In this document: in pieces, positions 51,501 to 57,137 of the stretch
Numbering within the stretch: the first letter of the stretch is position 1
How the letters are laid out: each line of letters begins with the position of its first letter
Source: Verrucomicrobiota bacterium
GTDB lineage: Bacteria; Verrucomicrobiota; Verrucomicrobiia; Chthoniobacterales; UBA10450
DNA length: 64,000 bases
Assembly: GCA_041167565.1 (NCBI GenBank)
Contig: JBEEHU010000004.1
Location: 10,699-74,698, forward strand
Reading direction: 5' to 3'
Position numbers and translations under genes: made by a program
Notes under the pieces: model-generated
Databases searched by the model: none
The model's input: only the letters and a program-made list of their open reading frames with translations
Told to the model about the DNA's origin: nothing

Positions 51501-53646
51501 AGCGGACGGAGCAGGTAACACAAACGGCGTCTCGACCTCCACTGATAACACGGTGACTTATGACAACGTGCAGCCTTCGGTAACAATCAATCAGGCTGCC
51601 GGACAAGCCGACCCGACAACGTCATCGCCCATCAACTTTACCGTGGTGTTCTCCGAGCCGGTCAGCGGGTTTGGCTCCAGCGGCGTAACCTTATCCGGCA
51701 CGGCCGGCGCTACGGCGAAAGTCGTAACCGGTTCCGGGACCACCTACAACGTGGCCGTCAGCGGCATGACCTCGCAGGGGACTGTGACCGCCACGGTCCC
51801 GGCAGGCGGCTCCACGGACGCGGCCGGCAACACCAGCACGGTCTCCACCTCGACGGACAATACAGTTACGTTTAACACCCTGGCGACCCACTTCACCGTG
51901 ACCGCTCCAGCCAGTGCGATCCCGGGCACTTCCTTTACCTTCACGGTCGCGGCGCTCGATCAATTCAACAACCCGCCCACGAACTACCCCGGCACGGTTC
52001 ATTTCAGCAGCACCGATGCAGCCGGCATCCTCCCGGTTGATAGCACTCTCAGCGGTGGCACAGGGACGTTCAACGCCACCCTTACGACGCCGGGCAGCCA
52101 GACCATCACTGCCACCGACACAGGTAACTCTACCATTACCGGCACGAGCAATGCGATTGCCGTGGGCAAGACCAATCCTACGATCATTACCCAGGCATCA
52201 ACCGGAATTAACCTTGGCGCCGGGACCATCTCCGACGCGGCCACTCTCGCCGGTGGGTCCGCTCCGACGGGATCTATCACCTTCCGGCTTTACGGACCGA
52301 ACGATGCCACTTGCGGTGGCGCCGCAGTGTTTACTTCCGCCGCAATCCCGGTGAACGGCAACGCGACCTATTCCTCGGGCAATTTCACACCTACTGCGCC
52401 CGGCACCTACCGCTGGATCGCCAGCTACAGTGGCGATACCGCCAACAATGCCGTGGCGGGGGCGTGCAATGACGCGAACGAATCCGTGGTTGTGACCAAG
52501 GCGAATCCGGCGATCACCGGCACGGTGGCACCGGCTACTGGCAATATCGGAACGTCCTTCACCGATACGGCGACGCTTTCGGCTGGAACCAATCCTACCG
52601 GCACCATCACCTTCACCGTTCACGGACCTAACATCGAGAACTGCGCCACCCCAATCTTTACCTCGACTCGGACTGTGGCCGGCAACGCCAACTACACCTC
52701 GGATGCCTTTACCCCGACCTTGCCGGGCTCGTATAAGTTCGTGGCGGTTTATAACGGCGACGCCAACAACAACTCTGTCGCGACCATCTGCGGCGTGGCC
52801 AGCCAGACCTTTGTCGTCAATGGCCCGCCGCCTTCGCCGACACCTACACCGACCGCAACGCCGGCCCAGGCTTTGAACATCTCCACCCGGATGCGGACAG
52901 AACTGGGCGACAAGGCCATGATCGGCGGCTTCATCATCACTGGGAACGCTTCCAAGTCAGTGGTCTTGCGCGGCCTCGGGCCTTCGCTCTCCAGCTTCGG
53001 CTTGAGCGATCTGCTGCTCGATCCAGAGTTGGAATTGCGCGGACCTAACAATAATCTGATCTTCAAGAACAAGAACTGGAAAGACGATCAGCTGAGTCAG
53101 ATTGAAGGGACCAACTTCGAGCCGAAAGACGAACGGGAGTCGGTCATAGTGATCACGCTAAATGCCGGGGCCTACACCGTGCTCCTGACCGGCAAGGACG
53201 GCACCGAAGGCATAGGTCTGGTGGAAATCTACGATACTAATCCGGCCGCCGCCTCCGAGCTGGGTAACATCAGCACGCGCGGCATGGTCAGGACCGACGA
53301 CAAGGTCATGATCGGCGGCTTCACCCTGGGCGGCCCCAACAATGCCACCCGCATCGCGGTACGCGGCCGGGGGCCATCGCTGAGCCAGTTTAATCTAAGC
53401 CCTCTGCTGGCCAATCCGGTGCTCGAGTTGCGCAACGAGAACGGAACCATCATGGTCGTCAATGACGATTGGCAGAGCGATCCGGTCTCGGCCGCGAATC
53501 TCACGGCCAACGGCCTCGGCCTGTCGGATCCGAAAGAGTCGGGCATCTTCATCTCGCTGACGCCGCCGGGACAATTCACCGCCATCCTTTCGGGCAAGGA
53601 CGGTGGCATCGGCATCGGCCTGGTCGAGATCTATAACCTGAAATAG
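39547..53646 (+). CDS. giant secreted multidomain surface protein (4,699 aa): Ig/cadherin-like repeats, two beta-helix regions, metzincin-like module, 16 tandem Ig-like repeats, C-terminal twin domain
   Basis: Single uninterrupted ORF. TTG start (39547, or TTG 39565) precedes a signal-like RARAGGALFALALLGVMAMPSFA. See the sub-features for domain evidence. Confidence 0.85.
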   Translation: MKSQIKLSDLVTQLRARAGGALFALALLGVMAMPSFAVATPTVTATKEATTAGGPGGSTTAGGTIDYKVTIKNTSGSETAVGVSLTDPPPGHTVDVAGSLKVSPLAFPDAYDASKNNPLHVNATPSGLLANDKGLPTPSAVANSGTTSQNGGFTVFTDGSFDYNPPNNFTGTDTFTYTVTNTQLPNDTATVTLTVQQAPVITSANNTAFKLNTAGTFTVTTTGFPTGASMVISETGALPGGVSFVNNNDGTATLAGTPTASGSFPITITANNGVTPNATQNFTLTVQQTPAITSANNTTFKVGTAGTFSVTTTGFPTNASMAISETGALPSGVTFVNNNNGTATLAGTPAVGTGGTYPLTITASNGVSPDATQSFTLTVQQAPAITSANNTTFKLNTAGTFTVTTTGFPTNASMAISETGALPGGVSFVNNNDGTATLAGTPTASGSFPITITANNGVTPNATQNFTLTVQQAPAITSANNTTFKVGTAGTFSVTTTGFPTNASMAISEAGALPSGVTFVNNNNGTATLAGTPAAGTGGTYPLTITASNGVTPDATQSFTLTVQQAPAITSANNVTFTTGIAGTFSVTTTGFPTNASMVISESGALPGGVTFVNNNDGTATLAGTPGANTGGTYPLVITANNGVTPNATQNFTLTVNQPPVASADNPGIIDANTTLTGLSSGPTNLLTNDSRGFPIANISSYGGGSMGGSVTDHAAGTTTTPLPTFASGSIVVNANGSYTFTPPTGFTGTYTFQYRLSNVAGNSDATVTVQVRPKAVNDTFGPPNVIGNVSIDIATSVFLANDIYNSPVTFNLVSNATAQGGSITIAGSTLTYNPPRGYEGADTFTYTITDNSTFTSTSATVTMNVSGMIWFINNNAGACSSNCDGRLSNPYTTLAAFNTANALAGGLNPDINDNIFVYESAAGYSGAVTLRTGQKLIGQDATATLATITGLTVPSGSTLPAMNSGNATVTNITTSTVTLNTNTTVRGLQINSTTSTGMNDPGAAITGVSVSEVSIATTSGTGVVFSGTAGTLTFTGLTTSGGTGANLVGNGSGTFNFSNVVISSGVNAGFIATGGGTVNVTGATNTITTTTGTGVNIATPTDIGGSGVTFKSVTVSNGASNSAVNGIILNGTTGAFTVTGDGATSGGFLVENGTGGTIQKTTGDAVSLTNASNVTLRQMRITSPALDGVKATGGGTIKLSAVFINTPGASNPAAGGDGFGTGNGVRLENVTGVNAMDNNSRITNWQASQSNAFLLHNTGTNFTSLTFDHSKIDTSATGAPGFHSNLNGATTGAVTITNTEFTLIDQNAAQVINNGSGTIRTIVQGNNFHDADGTAGDGNNTLFLSNSHEGHHNFTIGGAGALGNTFHNLARLTTLAGVVQVDCAGGDGSTPAGGTINGTITNNNIWNDAGFVNGRRAIDVQVEADSHNLGQLAVAITNNTVNNVQGNAIHVSVVSVGGGSVTDANWTITGNSLGAAGTNNGIRVGLDNTDSSSAIEFETNVDVIASSNAVLGNKLLVSGNTGVNSANNATGGTLDITNIGSSGASGSATLHATITNNTLTNVDTAGTGHVLDVLNSSASSHETLNLNITGNNTTLGASAAGEIRLRQLAGTYNIQGGIAAVSANNSGDTVNTTGTFGTVGSVLTPTNPSFLILAPGGIDARTPAASFSSHPAIADEAKLRGIVPAFPSAIQGVADPRQQSRVHSSGILTQERLDSLVAAAIARWQATGLTARQLGVLLSLKFEVGALAALHLGEANGNLIRVDKNGGGNGWFVGNDDAQFATNVSGERGYTDPTSAPAGRIDLLTTIMHEMGHALGLPDSYDEKDRDKVMYGFLTTGERRVPAAGDAVGAKPNAQTTPQFLASPAASDKYTIGDIPPGKTVVVTFQVQVENPLSPTSTTQISNQGTVSGTNFATVNGVPVANPNTDSDNPPAGAADPTITLLCANPATVTTNADAGAGSLRQALIDVCDGGTITFSNTTAGGAVNFYDGSPHTITLASELVVGKNVTINGPGANVLTVGGNNIFRLVNITLPASGTATIQGLSFTGGRADPAGAGTNGGAIEFNSVGTLNLNNCEFFANTKTAAGDVIFSSAAARLNINGCAFRNNTTEVVIHIGSTPATIVNSTISNNTALAVRVDGGPAVGVTNCTIANNSVGGIGLAPGGGGTVTLTNTILSQNNGNDLTRTDADCSGNQKFNSGGHNLIDDATSSKLCNSPQPGDLLGAAFDPLLGSLAGNGGPTQTRLPALGSQVTNAAADWTTLSSNIDNVQTTITVADPSGITVGSTIRIDLEQMSVTAVVSNTLTVTRGANATTAAAHTSGAGVSSAFDQRGFPRKVGAAVDIGAVETNFTITTTAGTPQSTKVNTAFPVALQATVKESGTALSGVSVTFTPPASNVASGTATTNPATTNGSGVASTAFTANAIAGGPYIVAASVTGLASTADFSLTNTPPTVTIDQASGQADPTAVSPINFTVVFSDPVTGFGSGGVTLSGTANPTAAVVTGSGTTYNVAVSGMTAQPGTVIATVNAGAATDGGSNANLASTSTDNTVTYDTPPSVTINQASGQADPTNVSPINFTVVFSEAVTGFGSGGVDLSGTANPTTAVVTGSGTTYNVAVSGMSAQGTVIASVKAGAATDPGLNPNTASTSTDNTVIYDSVQPTVAINQASGQADPTNISPINFTVVFSEAVTGFGSGSVTLSGTAGATTKVVTGSGNTYNVAVSGMTGDGTVIATVPAGGATDAAGNTNAASTSADNTVTYDTTKPDVTINQASGQADPTNASPINFTVVFTEAVTGFGSGSVTLSGTAGATTKVVTGSGTTYNVAVSGMTSDGTVIATVPAGGAADATGNTNNASSSTDNTVTYDVTNPSVTINQASGQADPTNASPINFTVVFSEAVTGFGSGGVTLSGAANPTTAVVTGSGTTYNVAVSGMSAQGTVIASVKAGAAIDSGSNPNTASTSTDNTVTYDSVKPAVMINQASSQADPTNASPINFTVVFSEAVTGFGSGSVTLSGTAGATTKVVTGSGNTYNVAVSGMTSDGTVIATVPAGGAADAAGNTNAASTSADNTVTYDTTKPDVTINQASGQADPAGASPINFTVVFTESVTGFGSGSVTLSGTAGATTKVVTGSGTTYNVAVSGMTSDGTVIATIPAGGAADAAGNTNSASSSTDNTVTYDGTKPSVTINQASGQPDPSNASPINFTVVFTESVTGFGSGSVILSGTAGATTKVVTGSGTTYNVAVSGMTSDGTVIATVPAGGATDASGNTNTVSTSTDNTVTYDTLKPAVMINQASTQADPTNASPINFTVVFSEAVTGFGSGSVTLSGTAGATTKVVTGSGTTYNVAVGGMTSDGTVIAAVPAGGAADAAGNTNAASTSADNTVTYDTTKPDVTINQASGQPDPTNASPINFTVVFAEAVTGFGSGSVTLSGTAGATTKVVTGSGTTYNVAVSGMTSNGTVIATVPAGGAADAAGNTNNASSSTDNTVTYDGTKPGVTINQASGQADPANASPINFTVVFSEPVTGFTGSGVTLSGTAGATSKVVTGSGATYNVAVSGMTSQGTVIATVAAGSAADTAGNTNTVSSSTDNTVTYDNVQPSVSINQASGQTDPTNASPINFTVVFSESVTGFGSGSVTLSGTAGATTKVVTGSGTTYNVAVSGMTSNGTVIATVPAGGAADAAGNTNTVSTSTDNSVNYDSTQPSVTINQAAAQSDPANASPINFTVVFSKPVAGFGSSGVALSGTAGATTKVVTGSGATYNVAVSGMTSDGTVIATVPAGSAADSANNTNTASTSTDNTVTYDTGNPSVTINQASGQVDPTNASPINFTVVFSEVVTGFSGSGVTLSGTAGATSKVVTGSGTTYNVAVSGMTSQGTVIASVAAGAAADGAGNTNNTSTSTDNTVTYDNVQPSVTINQASTQSDPTNASPINFTVVFSESVTGFSASGVTLSGTAGATSKVVTGSGTTYNVAVSGMTSQGTVIATVPAGGAADGAGNTNGVSTSTDNTVTYDNVQPSVTINQAAGQADPTTSSPINFTVVFSEPVSGFGSSGVTLSGTAGATAKVVTGSGTTYNVAVSGMTSQGTVTATVPAGGSTDAAGNTSTVSTSTDNTVTFNTLATHFTVTAPASAIPGTSFTFTVAALDQFNNPPTNYPGTVHFSSTDAAGILPVDSTLSGGTGTFNATLTTPGSQTITATDTGNSTITGTSNAIAVGKTNPTIITQASTGINLGAGTISDAATLAGGSAPTGSITFRLYGPNDATCGGAAVFTSAAIPVNGNATYSSGNFTPTAPGTYRWIASYSGDTANNAVAGACNDANESVVVTKANPAITGTVAPATGNIGTSFTDTATLSAGTNPTGTITFTVHGPNIENCATPIFTSTRTVAGNANYTSDAFTPTLPGSYKFVAVYNGDANNNSVATICGVASQTFVVNGPPPSPTPTPTATPAQALNISTRMRTELGDKAMIGGFIITGNASKSVVLRGLGPSLSSFGLSDLLLDPELELRGPNNNLIFKNKNWKDDQLSQIEGTNFEPKDERESVIVITLNAGAYTVLLTGKDGTEGIGLVEIYDTNPAAASELGNISTRGMVRTDDKVMIGGFTLGGPNNATRIAVRGRGPSLSQFNLSPLLANPVLELRNENGTIMVVNDDWQSDPVSAANLTANGLGLSDPKESGIFISLTPPGQFTAILSGKDGGIGIGLVEIYNLK
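40132..41514 (+). repeat. 5 tandem ~90-94-aa Ig-like (putative He_PIG/cadherin-type) repeats in A-B-A-B-B' order
   Basis: QQAPAITSANNTTFK[LV].TAGTF[TS]VTTTGFPTNASMAISETGALP.GV.FVNNN.GTATLAGTP... Antisense ORFs 40404-40613 and 40956-41165 are near-identical and lie 552 bp apart. Confidence 0.8.
44974..45042 (+). other. zinc-metalloprotease signature HEMGHALGLPD ... VMY (Met-turn-like)
   Basis: TTIMHEMGHALGLPDSYDEKDRDKVMYG. HExxHxxGxxD plus a downstream Met is the metzincin arrangement. Confidence 0.6.
46903..51894 (+). repeat. 16 in-frame tandem repeats of ~312 bp (104 aa) with a 936-bp higher-order period
   Basis: Unit TINQASGQADPTNASPINFTVVFSEAVTGFGSGSVTLSGTAGATTKVVTGSGTTYNVAVSGMTSDGTVIATVPAGGAADAAGNTN.AS.S.DNTVTYD...P.V. 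I counted 16 INFTVVF cores. Antisense ORFs start identically at 47409 and 48345. Confidence 0.9.
52870..53643 (+). repeat. two copies of a ~125-aa C-terminal domain of unknown family
   Basis: LNISTRMRTELGDKAMIGGFIITGN..VVLRGLGPSLS..LLDPELELRG...GIGLVEIYD and GNISTRGMVRTDDKVMIGGFTLGGP..IAVRGRGPSLS..LANPVLELRN...GIGLVEIYN. Confidence 0.75.
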
Positions 53647-53667
53647 GGTGTAGAAGCGCGTTGTGGC

Positions 53668-53686
53668 CACGCCCCTGTGGGGCGTG
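53668..53686 (+). terminator. GC-rich 8-bp hairpin after the giant gene
   Basis: cacgcccc-tgt-ggggcgtg, 22 nt after the stop. No U-tract. Confidence 0.4.
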
Positions 53687-53726
53687 CAGTGGAACCACGA
53701 AAGCTTTCGGGGTTGAATAGGACAAT

Positions 53727-54641
53727 ATGCTCGATTCACTACTTGTCGTTTTAGGGTTTGTGCTCATCGCTGCCGGTTTGATGGCGGTGATCAAGCCGGT
53801 GCGATGGCTGGGCCTTGGCACGCGCCAAAACGGAGCAATAGCTGTCATGGTGGGAGTGTTCCTCGAGTTCGCCGCGGGGAACATGCTGGATTCCTTCCTC
53901 TTTTACCTGGGCTTGTTTATCACGGTGGCGGCGTTGCTGTCGCTTATCCGGCCGATTCGGTTCCTTTACATCCAGAGCCGGCGAGTGGCGGCAATGGTTC
54001 TTGCCGGGGGACTGTTAATTGTTATCGTCGCGCTCTTCCTGCCAGCCGGAAACGAGAAAGTCTCCGCCAAAGGGAGCAAGCTGGATGAATGGATGCCCCG
54101 CTGGCAGATCGGCGAGCAGCATACCATCCGGGTGGCGGCGCGGCCCGAAGCTGTCTTTGCTGCCGTTCACGCTGTGCGCGCGGATGAGATCCTTCTCTTT
54201 CGAACCCTGATCGCTATCCGTCGTTGTGGCCAGACTGGGCCGGAAAGCATCATGAACCCGGCGGAGGAGAAATCGTTGCTGGATGTTGCGACGGAGACAA
54301 CATTCGCGCTCCTTGCCGAAGAGCCACCGCGCGAAATAGTGATCGGCACAGTCGTCGCCGCTCCTCATGGGACCAGAGCACGGTCCAGTGGGCTGACGCC
54401 TGACCTGTTCCGGCGGAAACTTCCGCCGGGCGTTGCGCTCGCGACCATGAATTTCCTCGTCCTGCCGGACGAGCGCGGCGGCTCGATCGTTTCCACCCAG
54501 ACTCGCATTTACGCCAACGACACATCCGCGCTGCGCCGGTTCGCCGTTTACTGGCGGATCATTCATCCGGGAAGCGACATCATTCGCCGGATGTGGTTAC
54601 GAGCGATCAAGAAACGCGCTGAAGGAAAAGCCGCCTCTTGA
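53727..54641 (+). CDS. membrane protein with duplicated 2-TM N-terminal module and soluble C-terminal (SRPBCC-like?) domain
   Basis: MLDSLLVVLGFVLIAAGLMAVIKPVRWL... is repeated as MLDSFLFYLGLFITVAALLSLIRPIRFL... The C-terminal ~190 aa are soluble. Confidence 0.55.
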   Translation: MLDSLLVVLGFVLIAAGLMAVIKPVRWLGLGTRQNGAIAVMVGVFLEFAAGNMLDSFLFYLGLFITVAALLSLIRPIRFLYIQSRRVAAMVLAGGLLIVIVALFLPAGNEKVSAKGSKLDEWMPRWQIGEQHTIRVAARPEAVFAAVHAVRADEILLFRTLIAIRRCGQTGPESIMNPAEEKSLLDVATETTFALLAEEPPREIVIGTVVAAPHGTRARSSGLTPDLFRRKLPPGVALATMNFLVLPDERGGSIVSTQTRIYANDTSALRRFAVYWRIIHPGSDIIRRMWLRAIKKRAEGKAAS

Positions 54642-55967
54642 TTACAGTTGGGAGCGGAATGGAATCATGAGCCACTCCGTCGTCCGCTCCCAGAGTGAAC
54701 GCTGCTTGAATTGCTGCAAGGTGTACTCACGCGATTGCGCCAAGTCCTTCTCAAAGGTCTCCTCCATCAGGCGGCCAAAGCCTTCGTCGTAAACAACGAC
54801 GTCGATCTCTTCATTGATCTCCGAAGATCTGGGATCGAGGTTTGAGGATCCGAACATTGAGAAGAGCCCGTCGACCACCAGGGTCTTGGCGTGGATCATC
54901 GTCGGCTGATACTCAAAGATTTTTACGCCGCCTTCCAACAGCCGGCCGTAAGCCGTGCGTCCGGCCGATTCGGTCATGGGCTGGTCATTGTAGGGGCCGG
55001 GCAGGAGAAAGCGGACGTCAACTTTTCGTTGCACTGCCTTCACGAGAAGATCGACCTGATCGTCGGAAGGAGTGCAGTACGGGTTCGTGATCCAAATTCG
55101 CTTCTCCGCAGCGGCGAAGGCAACCGCCTGCACCATCGGCACCGGCGCGGCGGCCGAGAAGGAATGGGACTCCACGATCTGGGCCTTGAGGTCGCCGGTC
55201 GGAGACAGACTGGGAAATTGTCCCGTGCCGGTCAACGCTTCACCGAATGTCTTGATCCAGTGGCCCTGGAAAGCGGCCTGGAGTTCGGCGACAATGGGAC
55301 CTTCGAGCCGCGCATGGAGGTCGCGCCAATGGTCTTTGTCCTGCGCATGGCCGCTCCATTTGTCCGAGAATGCCGCACTGCCGGTGAACCCAACTTTGCC
55401 GTCAATGATGAGCATCCGCCGGTGCGAGCGGCGATTCGCGCGATCCATCCGCCACGATTGCACCGGATGATAATAGGCGAACTTGCAGCCGGCATCGGTC
55501 ATCAGCCGGACATCCGAGTTATCGAGGTCCCAGCCTGAGCCGATCCCATCCAGCAGCAAACGCACTTCCACTCCCGCGCGCGCGCGTTCGCAGAGCGCGT
55601 CCCGAAACTGGCGGCCCGTCCCGTCGGATTTAAAAATATAGGCGGCAAAGTTGACGGTTTTTTTCGCGGAACGAATTGCCTCGAGCATGGCGGGAAAGAA
55701 CTGATCGCCGTTTTGAAGCAGTTCGATTTTGTTTCCCGGCTGCGGCACCGGATTGGTCAGGGCGAGCGCCGATCCGAAAAACTCCGGGGAACTGACCGAA
55801 AAGGTGTGCTCGAGTTTATATTCGAGCGATTTGCGGCGGATGAAGAAGAGGCAAAAGATGACGACCAGCGTGATGAAGAAGAGACAGAGGCCGATCCACT
55901 CCGCGACCGCGAGCTTCCACCAGCGTTGATTCAGCCAATGTGAGGAGCGCGCGCGTTTTTTGACCAT
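54642..55967 (-). CDS. phospholipase D-family protein, cardiolipin synthase-like
   Basis: N-terminal TM helix and two PLD motifs: SHRRMLIIDGKVGFTGS and MIHAKTLVVDGLFSMFGSSNLD. Confidence 0.8.
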   Translation of the reverse strand: MVKKRARSSHWLNQRWWKLAVAEWIGLCLFFITLVVIFCLFFIRRKSLEYKLEHTFSVSSPEFFGSALALTNPVPQPGNKIELLQNGDQFFPAMLEAIRSAKKTVNFAAYIFKSDGTGRQFRDALCERARAGVEVRLLLDGIGSGWDLDNSDVRLMTDAGCKFAYYHPVQSWRMDRANRRSHRRMLIIDGKVGFTGSAAFSDKWSGHAQDKDHWRDLHARLEGPIVAELQAAFQGHWIKTFGEALTGTGQFPSLSPTGDLKAQIVESHSFSAAAPVPMVQAVAFAAAEKRIWITNPYCTPSDDQVDLLVKAVQRKVDVRFLLPGPYNDQPMTESAGRTAYGRLLEGGVKIFEYQPTMIHAKTLVVDGLFSMFGSSNLDPRSSEINEEIDVVVYDEGFGRLMEETFEKDLAQSREYTLQQFKQRSLWERTTEWLMIPFRSQL

Positions 55968-56021
55968 GATGCGGGGGATGACACTGAATCGTGGCGGCCC
56001 CGGCGCGCGGTCGCTGCTTTT

Positions 56022-56330
56022 CTAGCGCGCCTGTCCAGATGACTCCAGCGTCATTACCACATCGCGATCTTCGAAAGGGACGTGAGTGGATGCGGCAAAC
56101 TTGAAAGCGGTCCGACTAGATCGCAATTCTTTGATCGTGAAGAAAACCGAACGGTCTTTGATGGTGAAAGCGAGCGTCAGGCCCACCTTGCGAAATCGCG
56201 CATCGATATCTTTGATCCAATCCTTGAAGCGCTCCGGATTGAAGGTGCCCATGTCGCGGGTCAGGACGGAATGCATCAATTGGCGCACGGCTTCGCGCTG
56301 CTCCTTTGGTCGGGAATGCATCAGGATCAT
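56022..56330 (-). CDS. hypothetical protein (102 aa)
   Basis: ORF 56022-56513 trimmed to MILMHSRPKEQ. No recognisable motif, so coding status is uncertain. Confidence 0.4.
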   Translation of the reverse strand: MILMHSRPKEQREAVRQLMHSVLTRDMGTFNPERFKDWIKDIDARFRKVGLTLAFTIKDRSVFFTIKELRSSRTAFKFAASTHVPFEDRDVVMTLESSGQAR

Positions 56331-56421
56331 GGTGTCGGGTTGAGCAGAATGGGTGCCGGGTCTGATCGGGACGAATTGTCGGAATCCGAGGGGGCGGTCA
56401 GGTGCCGCGGGTATTGAGCAT

Positions 56422-56437
56422 AGGCATGCGTCCTGCT
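56422..56437 (+). promoter_or_regulatory. candidate sigma-54 (-24/-12) promoter for the pilin-like cassette
   Basis: aGGCAtG-cgtc-cTGCt versus consensus TGGCACG-N4-TTGCW. 65 nt upstream of ATG 56502. Confidence 0.3.
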
Positions 56438-56501
56438 TATAGAAACCATAATGTTGTCGCTCAAGCGCCAGTTCGGGCCGGATCGCTCTGCCTCGTTGCG
56501 A

Positions 56502-57137
56502 ATGCCGTTGCAAAGGGCCTTCACCCTCATCGAGATCGTGATTGCTCTGGCCGTGCTCGGAGTAATGGCCGCCGGGGTTTACCTCGGATTCAACTCCATT
56601 AACACTTATGCCGTTAGTTCACGGCTCTACAGCGAGGCTCAGACTGCCGCGCAGAATCAAATCGACCTGGTCCTTTCGAAGGAGCCGTTCGACATCGCCG
56701 CGGCAAAAATCTCAGGAACTTTCGATCCTTGCTTGAGTAAAGTACCGGCCGAACTCATGACGACGAGTGAGCTCGACGCCTTGGCGGCGAGTGCTACTTG
56801 TGGTGTGACATTTCCCACTCAAGCGCCGACGGCCACTCCGGCCAAAACCGACGCTTATTATCCATATTACCCCTACTACCGAACAGCCGGAGGCCAGCCT
56901 CTCCAAAGGCAGGCGTTCATCTATCGCGATGCCGTGACCGGCACAATCCTGGTGACCGGCACCCTTACCTCCACGGTGATCGACACGGGAGCGACAATGG
57001 CGCCTTTTGCCGACCCGTCCCCAGGGGCAACGGCGAGTCCGCTCAACACCCGCAAGGCGAACGTTTCCGTGACCTATAACTTTCGGGGGAGATCCTATAA
57101 CGTGGCCATGGATACGCTCCGGACAGCAGACCAATGA
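56502..57137 (+). CDS. prepilin-type N-terminal cleavage/methylation domain protein (minor pilin/pseudopilin-like)
   Basis: Trimmed to MPLQRA|FTLIEIVIALAVLGVMAAGV, with Glu at +5 after the putative cleavage site. Confidence 0.8.
   Translation: MPLQRAFTLIEIVIALAVLGVMAAGVYLGFNSINTYAVSSRLYSEAQTAAQNQIDLVLSKEPFDIAAAKISGTFDPCLSKVPAELMTTSELDALAASATCGVTFPTQAPTATPAKTDAYYPYYPYYRTAGGQPLQRQAFIYRDAVTGTILVTGTLTSTVIDTGATMAPFADPSPGATASPLNTRKANVSVTYNFRGRSYNVAMDTLRTADQ

Noticed and set aside
46903-51894. Highly regular 312-bp periodic repeats that could be mistaken for a CRISPR-like or satellite array
   Set aside because: The repeats are contiguous with no unique spacers. They are far longer than CRISPR repeats. 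They are in frame inside one ORF and encode a conserved 104-aa domain.
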